In this document: positions 11,372 to 22,059 of the stretch, one piece after another
Numbering within the stretch: the first letter of the stretch is position 1
Layout of the letters: the number at the start of each line of letters is the position of its first letter
From: Octopus sinensis
Taxonomy: Eukaryota
Direction: 5' to 3'
Length of the DNA stretch: 24,284 nucleotides
Assembly: GCF_006345805.1 (NCBI RefSeq)
Contig: NW_021836716.1
Coordinates: 1-24,284, forward strand
Made by a program: the position numbers and the translations under genes
The notes under the pieces: model-generated
Database searches by the model: none
Seen by the model: the letters and a program-made list of their open reading frames with translations, nothing else
What the model was told of the DNA's origin: nothing

Positions 11372-11432
11372 GGCGCCAGTATTTCCATTTCACGTGATTT
11401 CGGTCTACTAGATTTCCTCAGTGGGAGGCGCC
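11372..11432 (-). ncRNA. Degenerate (probably inactive) type I hammerhead ribozyme
   Basis: Minus strand: GGCGCC-TC-CCA-CTGAGGA-AATCTAGTAGACC-GAAA-TCACGTGA-AA-TGG-AAATACT-GGCGCC. Core boxes and a palindromic stem III are present. The invariant U of the cleavage triplet is A, and the two basal stem II pairs are mismatched. Confidence 0.5.
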
Positions 11433-12269
11433 GGTCACCGCATGCAGGTCAAATCTCGCTGCCACCATATATAGAATACCAAATACCAGTACTGTTTTCA
11501 GACAATACGATGTATGTGTCTGCTTTTATGCACCAAGTGCCTATGGGAAAGGTTCTCTCACAAGGCCAACAACGCAATGTTCAACGTTCAAAGAAGGCAG
11601 CCATGTTAAGTTAGATATAAAGGTTACCTTTTGGCATTAACGCAGCTTCCATCGCCAATAAATGGAAATTAATCGAATCAAATGCAGACTATTGCAGGAC
11701 TTTGAATTGTTTGACATATCTCGACCTCAACAACTAGCCGTATGAAGTATGTGGGTTTAATTCCGTTTGATATCATTGCATCATTTAGAACGAAAGTATG
11801 TGTGCGCTAACTGAATTCTGAAAGACAGAGGCATGGGAAACGTGAGATCAGTGTAGCCCAGAATTTGAGTAAGTGTTATACAAAGATGATCTCGGTTTAT
11901 TCTTGGGAATTAACCCATTAACTGCCAAGTTTTTTTTATTCATATTTTTTGGCTTTGCCAGGTGTCTTAGGAATTTAAATAATATATAGCATTTAAAATT
12001 TTCTTCATATGTGAATTATTTTGGAAATTTTGATAAATTTTTCGAAAAGTCCTAAATGGGAATCGCTGAAATAAAACATATTTATCCTTTTCTATTCAAT
12101 TGCAATAATAAACATTTCAGTTTTTTTGAAACTATAGTATCAAATGCGAATGTGTATGCAATATCAATGCAAAACAAATACAAAAGCGTTTTCAAAACAG
12201 TCAATATTTTTGTAGTTCTCTAGAATTAGCCAGAGCTAATAATGACATACTTTAACTACTAAATATTAT

Positions 12270-12566
12270 TAAACACGCCTCTACAAATGCAATCTACATA
12301 AGCAATTCACTTTGAATACAACGAACAACCAGCAGTGAGACAGTTTTAGCAGATCCCCAAATAGGGCTCATGGCTTGAAAGAAAAGGTTACTCAGTACAA
12401 TATCGACCGGAGGATTGTAGATAGATGTAGGTCTTATGTGAATGGTAGCAAAAGATGTGAATTGTGCACAAGAAAGAGAAGCGTTATACTAAAGAACTTC
12501 TTTGAAATAAAGGGGTTACTTAAAGCCAAGAGTGAAATGATCAAATCCTGCGCACGCTTCCTATAA
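12270..12566 (+). mobile_element. Penelope-like element GIY-YIG C-terminal fragment (degenerate)
   Basis: LKEKVTQYNIDRRIVDRCRSYVNGSKRCELCTRKRSVIL...LLKAKSEMIKSC; shares SYVNGS.R..LC with 768-995. Confidence 0.7.
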
Positions 12567-12744
12567 ACATTTTAAAATTCAGATCAATATCAGCACGGTA
12601 GTCTGGCCACATTCGATCACATCACATTCAGTCACACTTCATCAATTAATTTTATTAAATTTACCAATTTTCGCATTATACTTTTAAATATATCAGGACC
12701 ACGTTTTTTCACACTCACCTCTTCCTCATTCAATTCCAGAATTT

Positions 12745-12822
12745 GTTTGTTATCCGAGAATACCTGTTTAGTTTGTCCAACATAGATCAATGGTTTATAT
12801 TATATCATAAACAGAGACCATG
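12745..12822 (-). mobile_element. Short GIY-YIG motif remnant (PLE-like)
   Basis: Minus strand SVYDII* then, with a frameshift, LIYVGQTKQVFS, resembling the VY.I...YVGQT bipartite motif. Confidence 0.4.
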
Positions 12823-12835
12823 ATATCTTATTTTC

Positions 12836-13003
12836 TCCCCTCCCACCAAATTTCAACCCTTGTGCCTAGGGTAGAACAGATTATCATTTATTTAAAGGCG
12901 GCGAGATGGCAGAAATATTAGCACCCCGGGCGAAATGCTTAACAGTATTTCGTCTGTCTTTATGTTCTATGTTCAAATTCTGCCGAGGTCGACTTTGCCT
13001 TTC

Positions 13004-13007
<4 letters not shown>
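12836..13007 (+). mobile_element. SINE family A tail (12836-12880) followed by a SINE head (12897-13007) truncated at a TA tract
   Basis: CCCTTGTGCCTAGGGTAGAAC, then GGCGGCGAGATGGCAG...GCCGAGGTCGACTTTGCCTTTCATCC. Confidence 0.82.
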
Positions 13008-13046
<39 letters not shown>

Positions 13047-13257
13047 TAATAATATTAGTGAATAAATCCAAACTTAAGGGAAAAATCAGATTTAGGATTG
13101 AATCCAATTTTATAGTAAAATATTATATTATATTAAATTAGAGACAAAACCACTATTAGGCAAATCATACAATGAAAAACTTAAGCCAATACACAAGATT
13201 ATTTAATTTATATTATTTAAATATATAACAAAATTATTAAAAAAATATAATTAATAT

Positions 13258-13324
13258 ATCACTACGATCGTTTCATGGCTGTTAAATTCTTTAAATTTTC
13301 GAGTAACAGTCATTCCTCAGGCGG
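13258..13324 (-). ncRNA. Type I hammerhead ribozyme (left arm of palindrome)
   Basis: Minus strand CGC-CTGAGGA(13320-13314)-ATGACTGTTA...TAACAGCCAT (9/10 bp stem II)-GAAAC-GATC-GTA-GTG. Confidence 0.82.
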
Positions 13325-13381
13325 TTTAAGTATTTAAATATTTTATCTTGGTTTAAACCTCGCCAAGATAAAATATTTAAA

Positions 13382-13448
13382 CCACCTGATGAATGACTGT
13401 AACTCGAAAATTTAAAGAAATTAACAACCATGAAACGATCGTAGTGAT
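13382..13448 (+). ncRNA. Type I hammerhead ribozyme (right arm of palindrome)
   Basis: CAC-CTGATGA(13386-13392)-ATG...CAT-GAAAC(13432-13436)-GATC-GTA(13441-13443)-GTG; predicted cleavage after 13443. Confidence 0.8.
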
Positions 13449-13572
13449 ATATTAATTATATTTTTTTAATAATTTTGTTATATATTTAAATAATATAAAT
13501 TAAATAATCTTATGTATTGGCTTACGTTTTTCATTGTATGATTCGCCTAATAGTGGTTTTGTCTCTAATTTA

Positions 13573-13627
<55 letters not shown>

Positions 13628-13630
13628 ATA

Positions 13631-13699
13631 TATACAATATGTTACATTACTCGGTAGTCAAGATTATCTTGACTACCGAGTAATGTAACATATTGTATA
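13631..13699. repeat. Perfect 34-bp-arm palindrome with a 1-nt spacer
   Basis: TATACAATATGTTACATTACTCGGTAGTCAAGAT-T-ATCTTGACTACCGAGTAATGTAACATATTGTATA. Confidence 0.97.
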
Positions 13700-13767
13700 G
13701 ATAAATTTCCTCTATTTACATATATTGAGTCTCTTTCTTTCTTTTGTTATCTTATACCGTTTTATAT

Positions 13768-13795
<28 letters not shown>

Positions 13796-13798
<3 letters not shown>

Positions 13799-14123
13799 CG
13801 AAATAGAATGAAAAAACTACAGAAAATTTGTATTATATGTTTTTAAAATATATATCAAATTCGTCATGTTATGAAAATGATCGAAAAATTCCTGATTACC
13901 TCCCCCTGTCTCGAACTTTTCTTCATCACACCATAACGAATAGATGACGCAACGTCGCTAAAGAAATTTAAGAAATTTGAAGAGAAATTACGGAACCGGT
14001 TATTTCTTCAAAAACAATGTCACTATACACAAAATTTTATATTATTTTTCTAACATGACGATTTTAATATATTTTTTACCCTATAATACAAATCTTCTGT
14101 AGTTTCTTCATTCTATTTTGTTT
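13796..14123. mobile_element. Element with ~85-bp imperfect terminal inverted repeats (MITE-like or inverted pLTR remnant)
   Basis: 13796-13881 is the reverse complement of ~14041-14123 (e.g. GAAATAGAATGAAAAAACTACAGAAAATTTGTATTATA vs TATAATACAAATCTTCTGTAGTTTCTTCATTCTATTT). Confidence 0.65.
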
Positions 14124-14175
14124 TTTATACATCCAACCGCGTGCTTTCATATACCAATTCTTTTACCCATATATA

Positions 14176-14563
14176 TCTTTATATATAAAAGTGAAGTTGT
14201 GTGTCTGTGTCCTACGATTTAGATTCCTAACTACTCCCACATTTTGCGGTGCAGTGTACCCAAAAGCGGGTATCTTATAGTTGTGATTCATATCGAGCCC
14301 TTCTGGGTATTAGCGCGCGTCTACGATGAGTCTACGATGAGTCTATGATTTAAAAAAAAATTACCATCATTTTTTCCTATTTTTAATGCATTTTTTTGCT
14401 ATTATATAAACTGTATTATTAAATCTCAGAACGTAAAAACCTACAGTAACACACACCCCTTTGTGGTTAGCCATATTGAGATGGCTATTATACTTTACAT
14501 CTCTAAAAATGCTTATATAGTTATTTCCCTTACAAACCCGAGCAACGCCGGGCGATACTGCTA

Positions 14564-14564
<1 letters not shown>
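14176..14564 (+). mobile_element. Non-autonomous Helitron
   Basis: 5' A|TCTTTATATATAAAAG, subterminal hairpin CCCG-A-GC-AAC-GC-CGGG (14537-14552), 3' CTAG|T; the insertion lies between A and T. Confidence 0.85.
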
Positions 14565-14595
<31 letters not shown>

Positions 14596-15071
14596 TTTTG
14601 TTCTTGCAGTCCCAAGGCTTTTTGTTGTATACGCATTATCATTATTAATCGTTGTCTTCGTGCGGCCCTAAGCTTTTATTCTGTTTATCATTTTGTCCCT
14701 TGTTCGTCCCGTTTCGTTTTGTTATGTTTTGGTTTCATTCCCGGCAAATTTCTTGTCGGTGCCTCCAGAGTGGAAGCAATATTATCGATAATGGCTGAAA
14801 TTGCGTTTGATTTCTCTGGCAGACAACTGATGAAGAAATAGTGGCTTCTATGTTTTCTGTTCGCCTGTGTATTTAGTATATGTTCGTTTGTTTATTTACA
14901 ACATGTTTTTAATTAGATATATAGGTATTTCTAGTTCGAATCACACGTGCCTCGAGGTGCGCCTAAGATTTTTCTATTTGGATATATTTGAGGTACTTAA
15001 GTCTGCTCGGGACTTGGTGCTTGCTTCTTCCGTGGGTATGAATAAGTATTTCATTTATATCTCGCGTATGT

Positions 15072-15128
15072 GCCGCTGAAGAGGGGAAAATTTCTTGTGA
15101 ATTAACCCCGAAATTGGACCAATACGGT
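15072..15128 (+). ncRNA. Type I hammerhead ribozyme
   Basis: GCCG-CTGAAGA(15076-15082)-GGGG...CCCC-GAAA(15110-15113)-TTGGACCAA-TA-CGGT; predicted cleavage after AUA at 15124. Confidence 0.82.
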
Positions 15129-15252
15129 AATAACGAATTTTTTAGAGATTTTTATCGGTTTGTTTCGAGACGCATAAATTTAATGGTTATCGACAACTCT
15201 TTTGTTTCGGCGTATCTGGCATTAGAAATTTTCTTCTGCCCTTATCTTGTAA

Positions 15253-15311
<59 letters not shown>

Positions 15312-15315
15312 TTAG

Positions 15316-16668
15316 GTACATAAATTCTTCAAAAGATTTAGACTATCTATCTCAACTGAAAAGGAACAAACCTCTATTAACTACTTAGACACAGCCAGCA
15401 ACCTAGCCACAGAACTCTATGAACCGTACATGAAACCTCAGATACATAAACGCTGTAAGTAACCACCCCTACTTTATTAAGAGAAACCTAATACATAGCA
15501 TTAGCAATAGAATATCACGCCTCTCTTCCAACATAGACATAAAGAAGCCTATAACTCTACACTACGGAAAGCAGGATATAAACAAGAAATCAAATACTTA
15601 AACCCTAATCACCCTATAAGCAGCCCAAATAACAGGAACCCACTCACTAATACCACTAACGCCAACCACACACCATGCACCACCACAAAGTATACCAAAA
15701 ATAAAATAATTATGAGTAACCCCAATAGAAACAACACTAATATGAACAATGCCAAGGCCTATACACAAACCACTAACAACAACAAAAATAACCGCAACAC
15801 TAATACCGACAAACAGATATTAAATAAGATTAACAATATTAACATAACTAATAACACGAATAACTACGCGAATAAGTCCCAAAATAACAGCACCTACAAA
15901 AATAATAGTATAAACCTATACAGCGGTATCAATAAACCTAAAGACACCCAACCAATTAATATGAACCTGTTAATAGCAAAAAAACTAGGCCTTTGAACCC
16001 ACATGAACCCTACGATAACACCAATAGGACAGTCAAAAGCAACACGAAAAGGAAACATAATTATGGATATAACCAAGATACATGCAACCATAACTTACCA
16101 GGAATCACAAACAAGGAGGGAAGCTTCTACACTAGGAAAAACAACACAAAAAATAAACAAAAGAGCGATAATATCTGGCTCGTAATTCCCTACACCGTGC
16201 ACCTCAAATCAAATATAGTTCGCTCATTAATGAAAATCATAGACAAACACCTAAACGTTAATAATAAATACACGGAATTATTTAGGAATAAAATCAGAAT
16301 AGGCCACAGTCTGACTAATAACTTAGCCACAATAATAGCCTCAATGAATAATAAAAAAACTTGACACATTTTACGAAACTAGAAAGATAGTGAACAATAA
16401 AAATAATAACCAACCAACTAATAGGACTAAGCCCCCACTAAAGCAACGCATTCTGCTAACTTAGGTACAGACCTGAAAAATAATTGTCCCCCACAATACA
16501 ACACGGACGTAGATACACCTAATTATTTATGCGGCTGTAGGGTTAGGACAAAGTGCCATTTCCCAAATAGATGTAAGACAAATAACATAGTTTACCAATG
16601 TGATGTCCGCACAAACAACCAGACGATTCTCAGATATAATACGCATCTATCCAGCTTCAGAAATAGTT
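15316..16668 (+). mobile_element. 5'-truncated, frameshifted Penelope-like retroelement (RT C-terminus/thumb, linker, Zn-binding region, GIY-YIG start)
   Basis: Across frameshifts: INYLDTASNLATELYEPYMKP / YINAVSNHP..IKRNLIHSISNRISRLSSN / YNSTLRKAGYKQEIKY / NIWLVIPYTVHLKSNIVRSLMKIIDKHL...KIRIGHSLTNNLATIIASMNNK / CGCRVRTKCHFPNRCKTNNIVYQCDV...RYNTHLSSFRN. Confidence 0.85.
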
Positions 16669-17169
16669 AAGTTAACTGGTACGTGAATTTTACTTGGAAC
16701 TCGGAGTAAGAGATAGAGAGACAGACATACAGACAGAGAAAGAGTAGGAAGCAGCTAACACCTATCTGAAATTAACCTATTGGAGTTTTCTCAGTTTCTC
16801 TTGTTAATTCTTATGAATGATGGGGGTTTTTTATCAATTGCAGACACAATATCAATTCTTCAAAAGAACTCTTTGCAATCTCATTAAATAACATCTGGAA
16901 TTGTTTTGCCTTCTTCGTTGGAAAGAAACAGAAAGTGTTGAATGCTGTCAAATATTAGGGGAATGCCTTAAAGTTACCAGATTCAAATATTGCCTTTTGT
17001 GGGGAACGAACCTACGCCTCTCTACGCTCGGAGGAATTGAATTTTACAGAAGTTATTGCGCCTGTAATTATAATAATCCTTTCTACTCAAGGCACAAGAC
17101 TTGAACGTCACTTCCGTTTAACTATAATTTGGAATTTAACTGTGTAGTTAAGAAGTTTGTTTCTCATTC

Positions 17170-17290
17170 AAGTGGTTACGGGTTCAAATCCAGCCGGGGG
17201 AACTTTTAGAGTCGTTATTCTTATTAACTTAAATTATTGACTCTAACTCCAGTGAAAGAAATTTGGTAGACGGAAATTAGGTGGAAATCT
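17170..17290 (+). mobile_element. Highly degenerate tRNA-SINE remnant
   Basis: B-box-like GGGTTCAAATCC and the ATTTGGTAGACGGAAA motif. Confidence 0.4.
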
Positions 17291-17509
17291 ATCAAAAGAC
17301 CGTTTCTGTTCTTAGGTGACAAATGTACCCCGCCACCCGGATTAACAACATCACCGAGAATTTATGTATTTTTAATAGAAACCATTCTGTTGGAAGGTAA
17401 ATTTCTTCCTTGCTACTACAATCCTAAAGAACCCTGGACACTGCTATTTCTTCATCATATCAGTTCTTACTAAAAATGCTCCCAAATCTGGGTAAATAGC
17501 TGCGGTAAA

Positions 17510-17678
17510 TGGCTTCGATCGATCTTAATCAATATATGACAAAACAGGTGGTATATATCATGCATTTGGAGGGACAAAAACGCAACTAGGAGCCAGGTGG
17601 GTCTTGAACTCAAATTCTTTTATGACAAAACTGAACATTTTGATTATTTTGGTTCCGATACCCAAACTTTTCTGCCGC
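17510..17678 (-). mobile_element. Highly degenerate SINE family A remnant
   Basis: Colinear weak similarity to 3130-3296 (GATC..AATC, CTTGAACTCA, TTTCTGCC). Confidence 0.35.
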
Positions 17679-17747
17679 TGCAATATTCAATAGCTTCTAC
17701 CAAAAGTGATTTACTTTCTTTCATCTTCCCCCCTAGAAATAGACTTC

Positions 17748-17749
<2 letters not shown>

Positions 17750-17830
<81 letters not shown>

Positions 17831-18438
17831 GATGATTATGATGATGATGATGATAGTGGTGTGGTGGTGGTGATGATGATGATGATGATGATAATGAGGA
17901 GGAAGAGGAGGGTGAGGAGGAGAAGGAGAAGGGGGATGCGGAGAGAGATGAAGAGTAACAAAAGTATACAATAACAATAATAATAATAATAATAACCATA
18001 ATAATAATAATAATAGCACTACTAATAATATAAACAATTTTATATTAAAAATGATAATGGCGAATCGATTTTGGAGGAAAGCTCAAAAGCAGTAATTTTT
18101 CTCTCCTTGTTCTTGGGTTCTTTCACGACGGTGGCGCATGATGGGGTGGGTGGGGGACGGTTGCAACGGGATGACATAGAGATGGTGGTGTAGAGGGTAG
18201 TGAGGGTGGGCAAAGTGGCGGGTGTGGTGGGGAGAGCGTTCTGTTGGAATTGGTAATTGATCCATTATAGCGTCTATTCTAATTCTGGCAAAAAAGATTT
18301 AAATTTGTGGGTCGTTGGTCCACCATGCGCAGTGATGAAGCTGGTCATGATTCTACGCGAGTGCGCATATATATACATACATATATATATATATATGTAT
18401 GTATATATTATATATATATATATTATATATATATATTC

Positions 18439-18469
<31 letters not shown>

Positions 18470-20192
18470 CAATATATATATATAATATATATAATATATA
18501 TATGTTTTTATATATATGTATATTTATATGCATATATATATATATATATCTACATATGCATTATGTATATATATACCTATTTATGTCTATATATATACAA
18601 ATGTGTGTGCGTGTGTAACATGTGCGTTTATAAATGTACACACTCCTAATATCAATTTACCTACGCCATTTTCATAACAGATAACACTAGCAGAAGTTTA
18701 TGTGTCTATGTGCATGTGTATATATATATATGTGTGTGTGCGTCAGTGCGTTTGTGTGTATAGATGCATACATATACGTTGATATATATATATGCATATA
18801 TATATATATATATACATATACATAAATAAATCTATATGTATATGTATATATATATGCATATATATATACATATATATATATACATACATATATATATACG
18901 TTGATACATTTTTGCATATATATATACATGTACGCACACACATGCACACACACAGACACGCACAAACACGCATATATATAATTATGAGTACTTATGTATA
19001 TATGCATACATATGCATATGAATATAATTCATCGCAATATAATTTATATGAAAATATATAAAGAAAATATATATGAATATGTAATTATCTACGCATCGAT
19101 GTATATACGCACTTGTATGTATATATATATCAGTTTGTCTATATGTACGCATATACATATATATATAGCCATATACATATATACGTATATTATATATGTA
19201 CATTATAATATACATAAGTGCATAGATATTCGTGTCACTAAAAATTTATTTCGTTAATGGTTGAAAAAGAGACCTATAAAACAAACTAACACAAACACAC
19301 GTCTGCATACGTCTATATATACTCAGACTCACACACATATATATCTACACTCATACGTCTATGTCCGCATCTACCCGCCCATCTACTCCTACACATTTAT
19401 GTGTGTGCGTATATATATATATATATATATATATAAATGTATATATATATATTTATGTATGTATGCAACTACATGCAGATATATATGTATATACATTATG
19501 TATTGTATATATCATATATATGTATGTGTGTATATATATATACATATATATAATATATATATATGTAAGTGTGTTTATGTGTCTGTGTGTATGCATACCT
19601 ACTATATGTATGTGTGTGGACACAGTTACGAAACAGGAACACAATACGACATACAACAACACATCTTAAGAGTATAAGTGGAGAGAGTGTGTGTGGTGTG
19701 ATGTAGGAATGTAACAAATAATAAGGGACGTAGTGAAGCATGACATATATATATATAGACACACATACACACACATTTAAATATATATCCTGAATATCTT
19801 TATGTTTGTAGAGGCAGCCGAGTTGGAAGAGGAGTGGAAAGAGAAGAGTATCGCTAGGAAGGGAGTAGTAAATAGCCCGAGTGGAGAAATACTCAACCAA
19901 GCAGCAATTTGATTGTTACATAAATATTCATGCTTAATTTGTTTGTCTTTGATCTTGATGGCTTGTATACTAGACAATAGAGAGAAAGTAACGAGAATTG
20001 CATACACGTACGTGTTAGTATATGGATATATATATATATAGTACATACATATGTATATAAATATATATACATATATACACATACATATATATGTATGTAT
20101 GTGTATATGTATTTCTTTTTTTTCATCTGTATCTCACTCACTATATATATATATATATTTACATATATAATGATAATATATATATATATAAT

Positions 20193-20223
<31 letters not shown>

Positions 20224-20248
20224 GTACATACATATATACATTTATATG

Positions 20249-20287
<39 letters not shown>

Positions 20288-21036
20288 CATACATACATAT
20301 ATATATATAATTACTATATATATTCATATATATATATATAATATATATTATATATATACATATTTATATATAATTTGATAGATCGTTGGTAGATTCATTT
20401 ATATATATACATATACCTATTATAAGAACTTTGTATGTATATGTATTATATAATTTCATACATACAGAAAAGCACACATACACATATGTGTATGTGTGTT
20501 TGTATGCTCGTGTATGTGTGTGTGTTATACACAGAATGAGAGAGAGTGGAAGAGAGACAGATACCCGAGATATATATATTTTCATGAAATAGACCAACAT
20601 GTATATGTATGTTGTTTCTGTATGTCTTTATATGATATATGTCTGCAAAATATGAATGTGGCGGGGTGAGACGGAGTATGTATGTGTGTGTGAGTGTGTG
20701 CGTGTGTGTGTGTGTGTGCGTGTGTGTGTCTGTGTGTGTTTGTGTATATGCTTGCATGTGGGTATATATACGTCATATTCCCATCTATATATAACGTGTT
20801 TCTCTGAAAATGAATTGCGTATACAAACCTTTTATATGTATGACGTTTGTATGCATTATGGATGTATATATGTATGTACGCATGCATGTATGTATGATCC
20901 TTTTTTTCTTTTTGTACATGGAATTAATTGTGCATGTTTGCGTATAAGTATGCACATATATGGGTGAATGGACGGGTTTTGTCGATGTGTGTTCGAGTAC
21001 ATTTTTAATATTCATACCACATATATAACATACATG

Positions 21037-21088
<52 letters not shown>

Positions 21089-21200
21089 GTATGTATGTAT
21101 GTATATATGTATATGTACGTATATATATGTGTGTGTGTGTACGTATGTACAGATAGATAGACGGGTAGGAATATATGTGTATGTGTGTGGTGGCGTTTGT
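17750..21200. repeat. Microsatellite mosaic (TAA, GAT, GGT, GAG, extensive TA/TATG/CA/TG) with short unique interruptions
   Basis: Direct inspection. Confidence 0.92.
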
Positions 21201-21271
21201 TCATAGTGTGGGTCGATCTGTCTCAGCCTGTATTTACTTGAAGATTTTTGCTTTATGTTATATTCTGTTAG

Positions 21272-21315
21272 GTATGGGCCATTACCCTTCACAGGGCCCA
21301 CGAATCTGATGCGAG
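21272..21315 (+). CDS. Candidate internal exon B (44 nt)
   Basis: T-rich tract plus TTAG| acceptor; GAG|GTAAAG donor; open as YGPLPFTGPTNLMR or VWAITLHRAHESDA. Confidence 0.35.
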
Positions 21316-21884
21316 GTAAAGTAGATGGTCTCCTGAAGCTAGAAACCTATCTTGAATGTTTGGAAGAGAGCGGACCTGCTAAACCTTCCCATGGTGTATT
21401 CAAATCGAGAGCTATTAAATTGAGCAACGGATTAAATCTATAACTTGTTGAGGTTTGTAGTTGTTAGTTGTTTATGTGTGTATATGTACTTGCCTTGGTA
21501 TCTGAGAAATATACATCTTCACCATACGTAACGCAACAGCACTGAATCTAAGACTTGCACTACGTAAATTTATTGTTTCGCCGAGACAATTGTACAAAGA
21601 TGGAAAAAGCGCCAGTTATAAAGCGTTTGTGCAAAACTTCCTGAAATATCTAACAATACCTCATCAAGGAACTCACTGTCGTTCGAATATGAGGATCATC
21701 AGTGTGACGAAATATATCGCTGCCAAACGTACGTCTTTCAACATGACAGTTTGCAACAGCTGTAGGGATCTACAAAATACACACAATCGAGAAACACCGC
21801 AACATGAAACAGCGTTTTATTGCAACTATTATATGTACGCCTGCATGTAGCTCCAAAACGTGGCACAAGACTCGAAACTCTGAG

Positions 21885-21995
21885 TAGACCTTGACTATTG
21901 AATAGAAAATATAGGTATCTATCTATGTATTTATCTATCTCTCGGTCTGTCTATCCATCTATCTCTCCCTCTTTCTCTCTCCCTCTTTCTCTCTT

Positions 21996-22059
<64 letters not shown>

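Larger units (their letters stand above)
13126..13580. repeat. Long near-perfect inverted repeat (arms 13126-13351 and 13363-13580, 11-nt loop)
   Basis: Manual alignment gives about 8 substitutions and one 8-nt indel over ~220 bp. Confidence 0.95.

Noticed and set aside
14827-14833. CTGATGA followed by a hairpin
   Set aside because: No downstream GAAA/stem III; not called as a ribozyme, only noted as a possible relic.
19812-19905. Possible exon (TTTGTAG acceptor; EAAELEEEWKEKSIARKG)
   Set aside because: No convincing donor site; kept out of the gene model.
21640-21750. Minus-strand CTGATGA with nearby GAAA-GACGTACGTT palindrome
   Set aside because: Stems I and II do not close in any hammerhead topology, and the cleavage position would be G.
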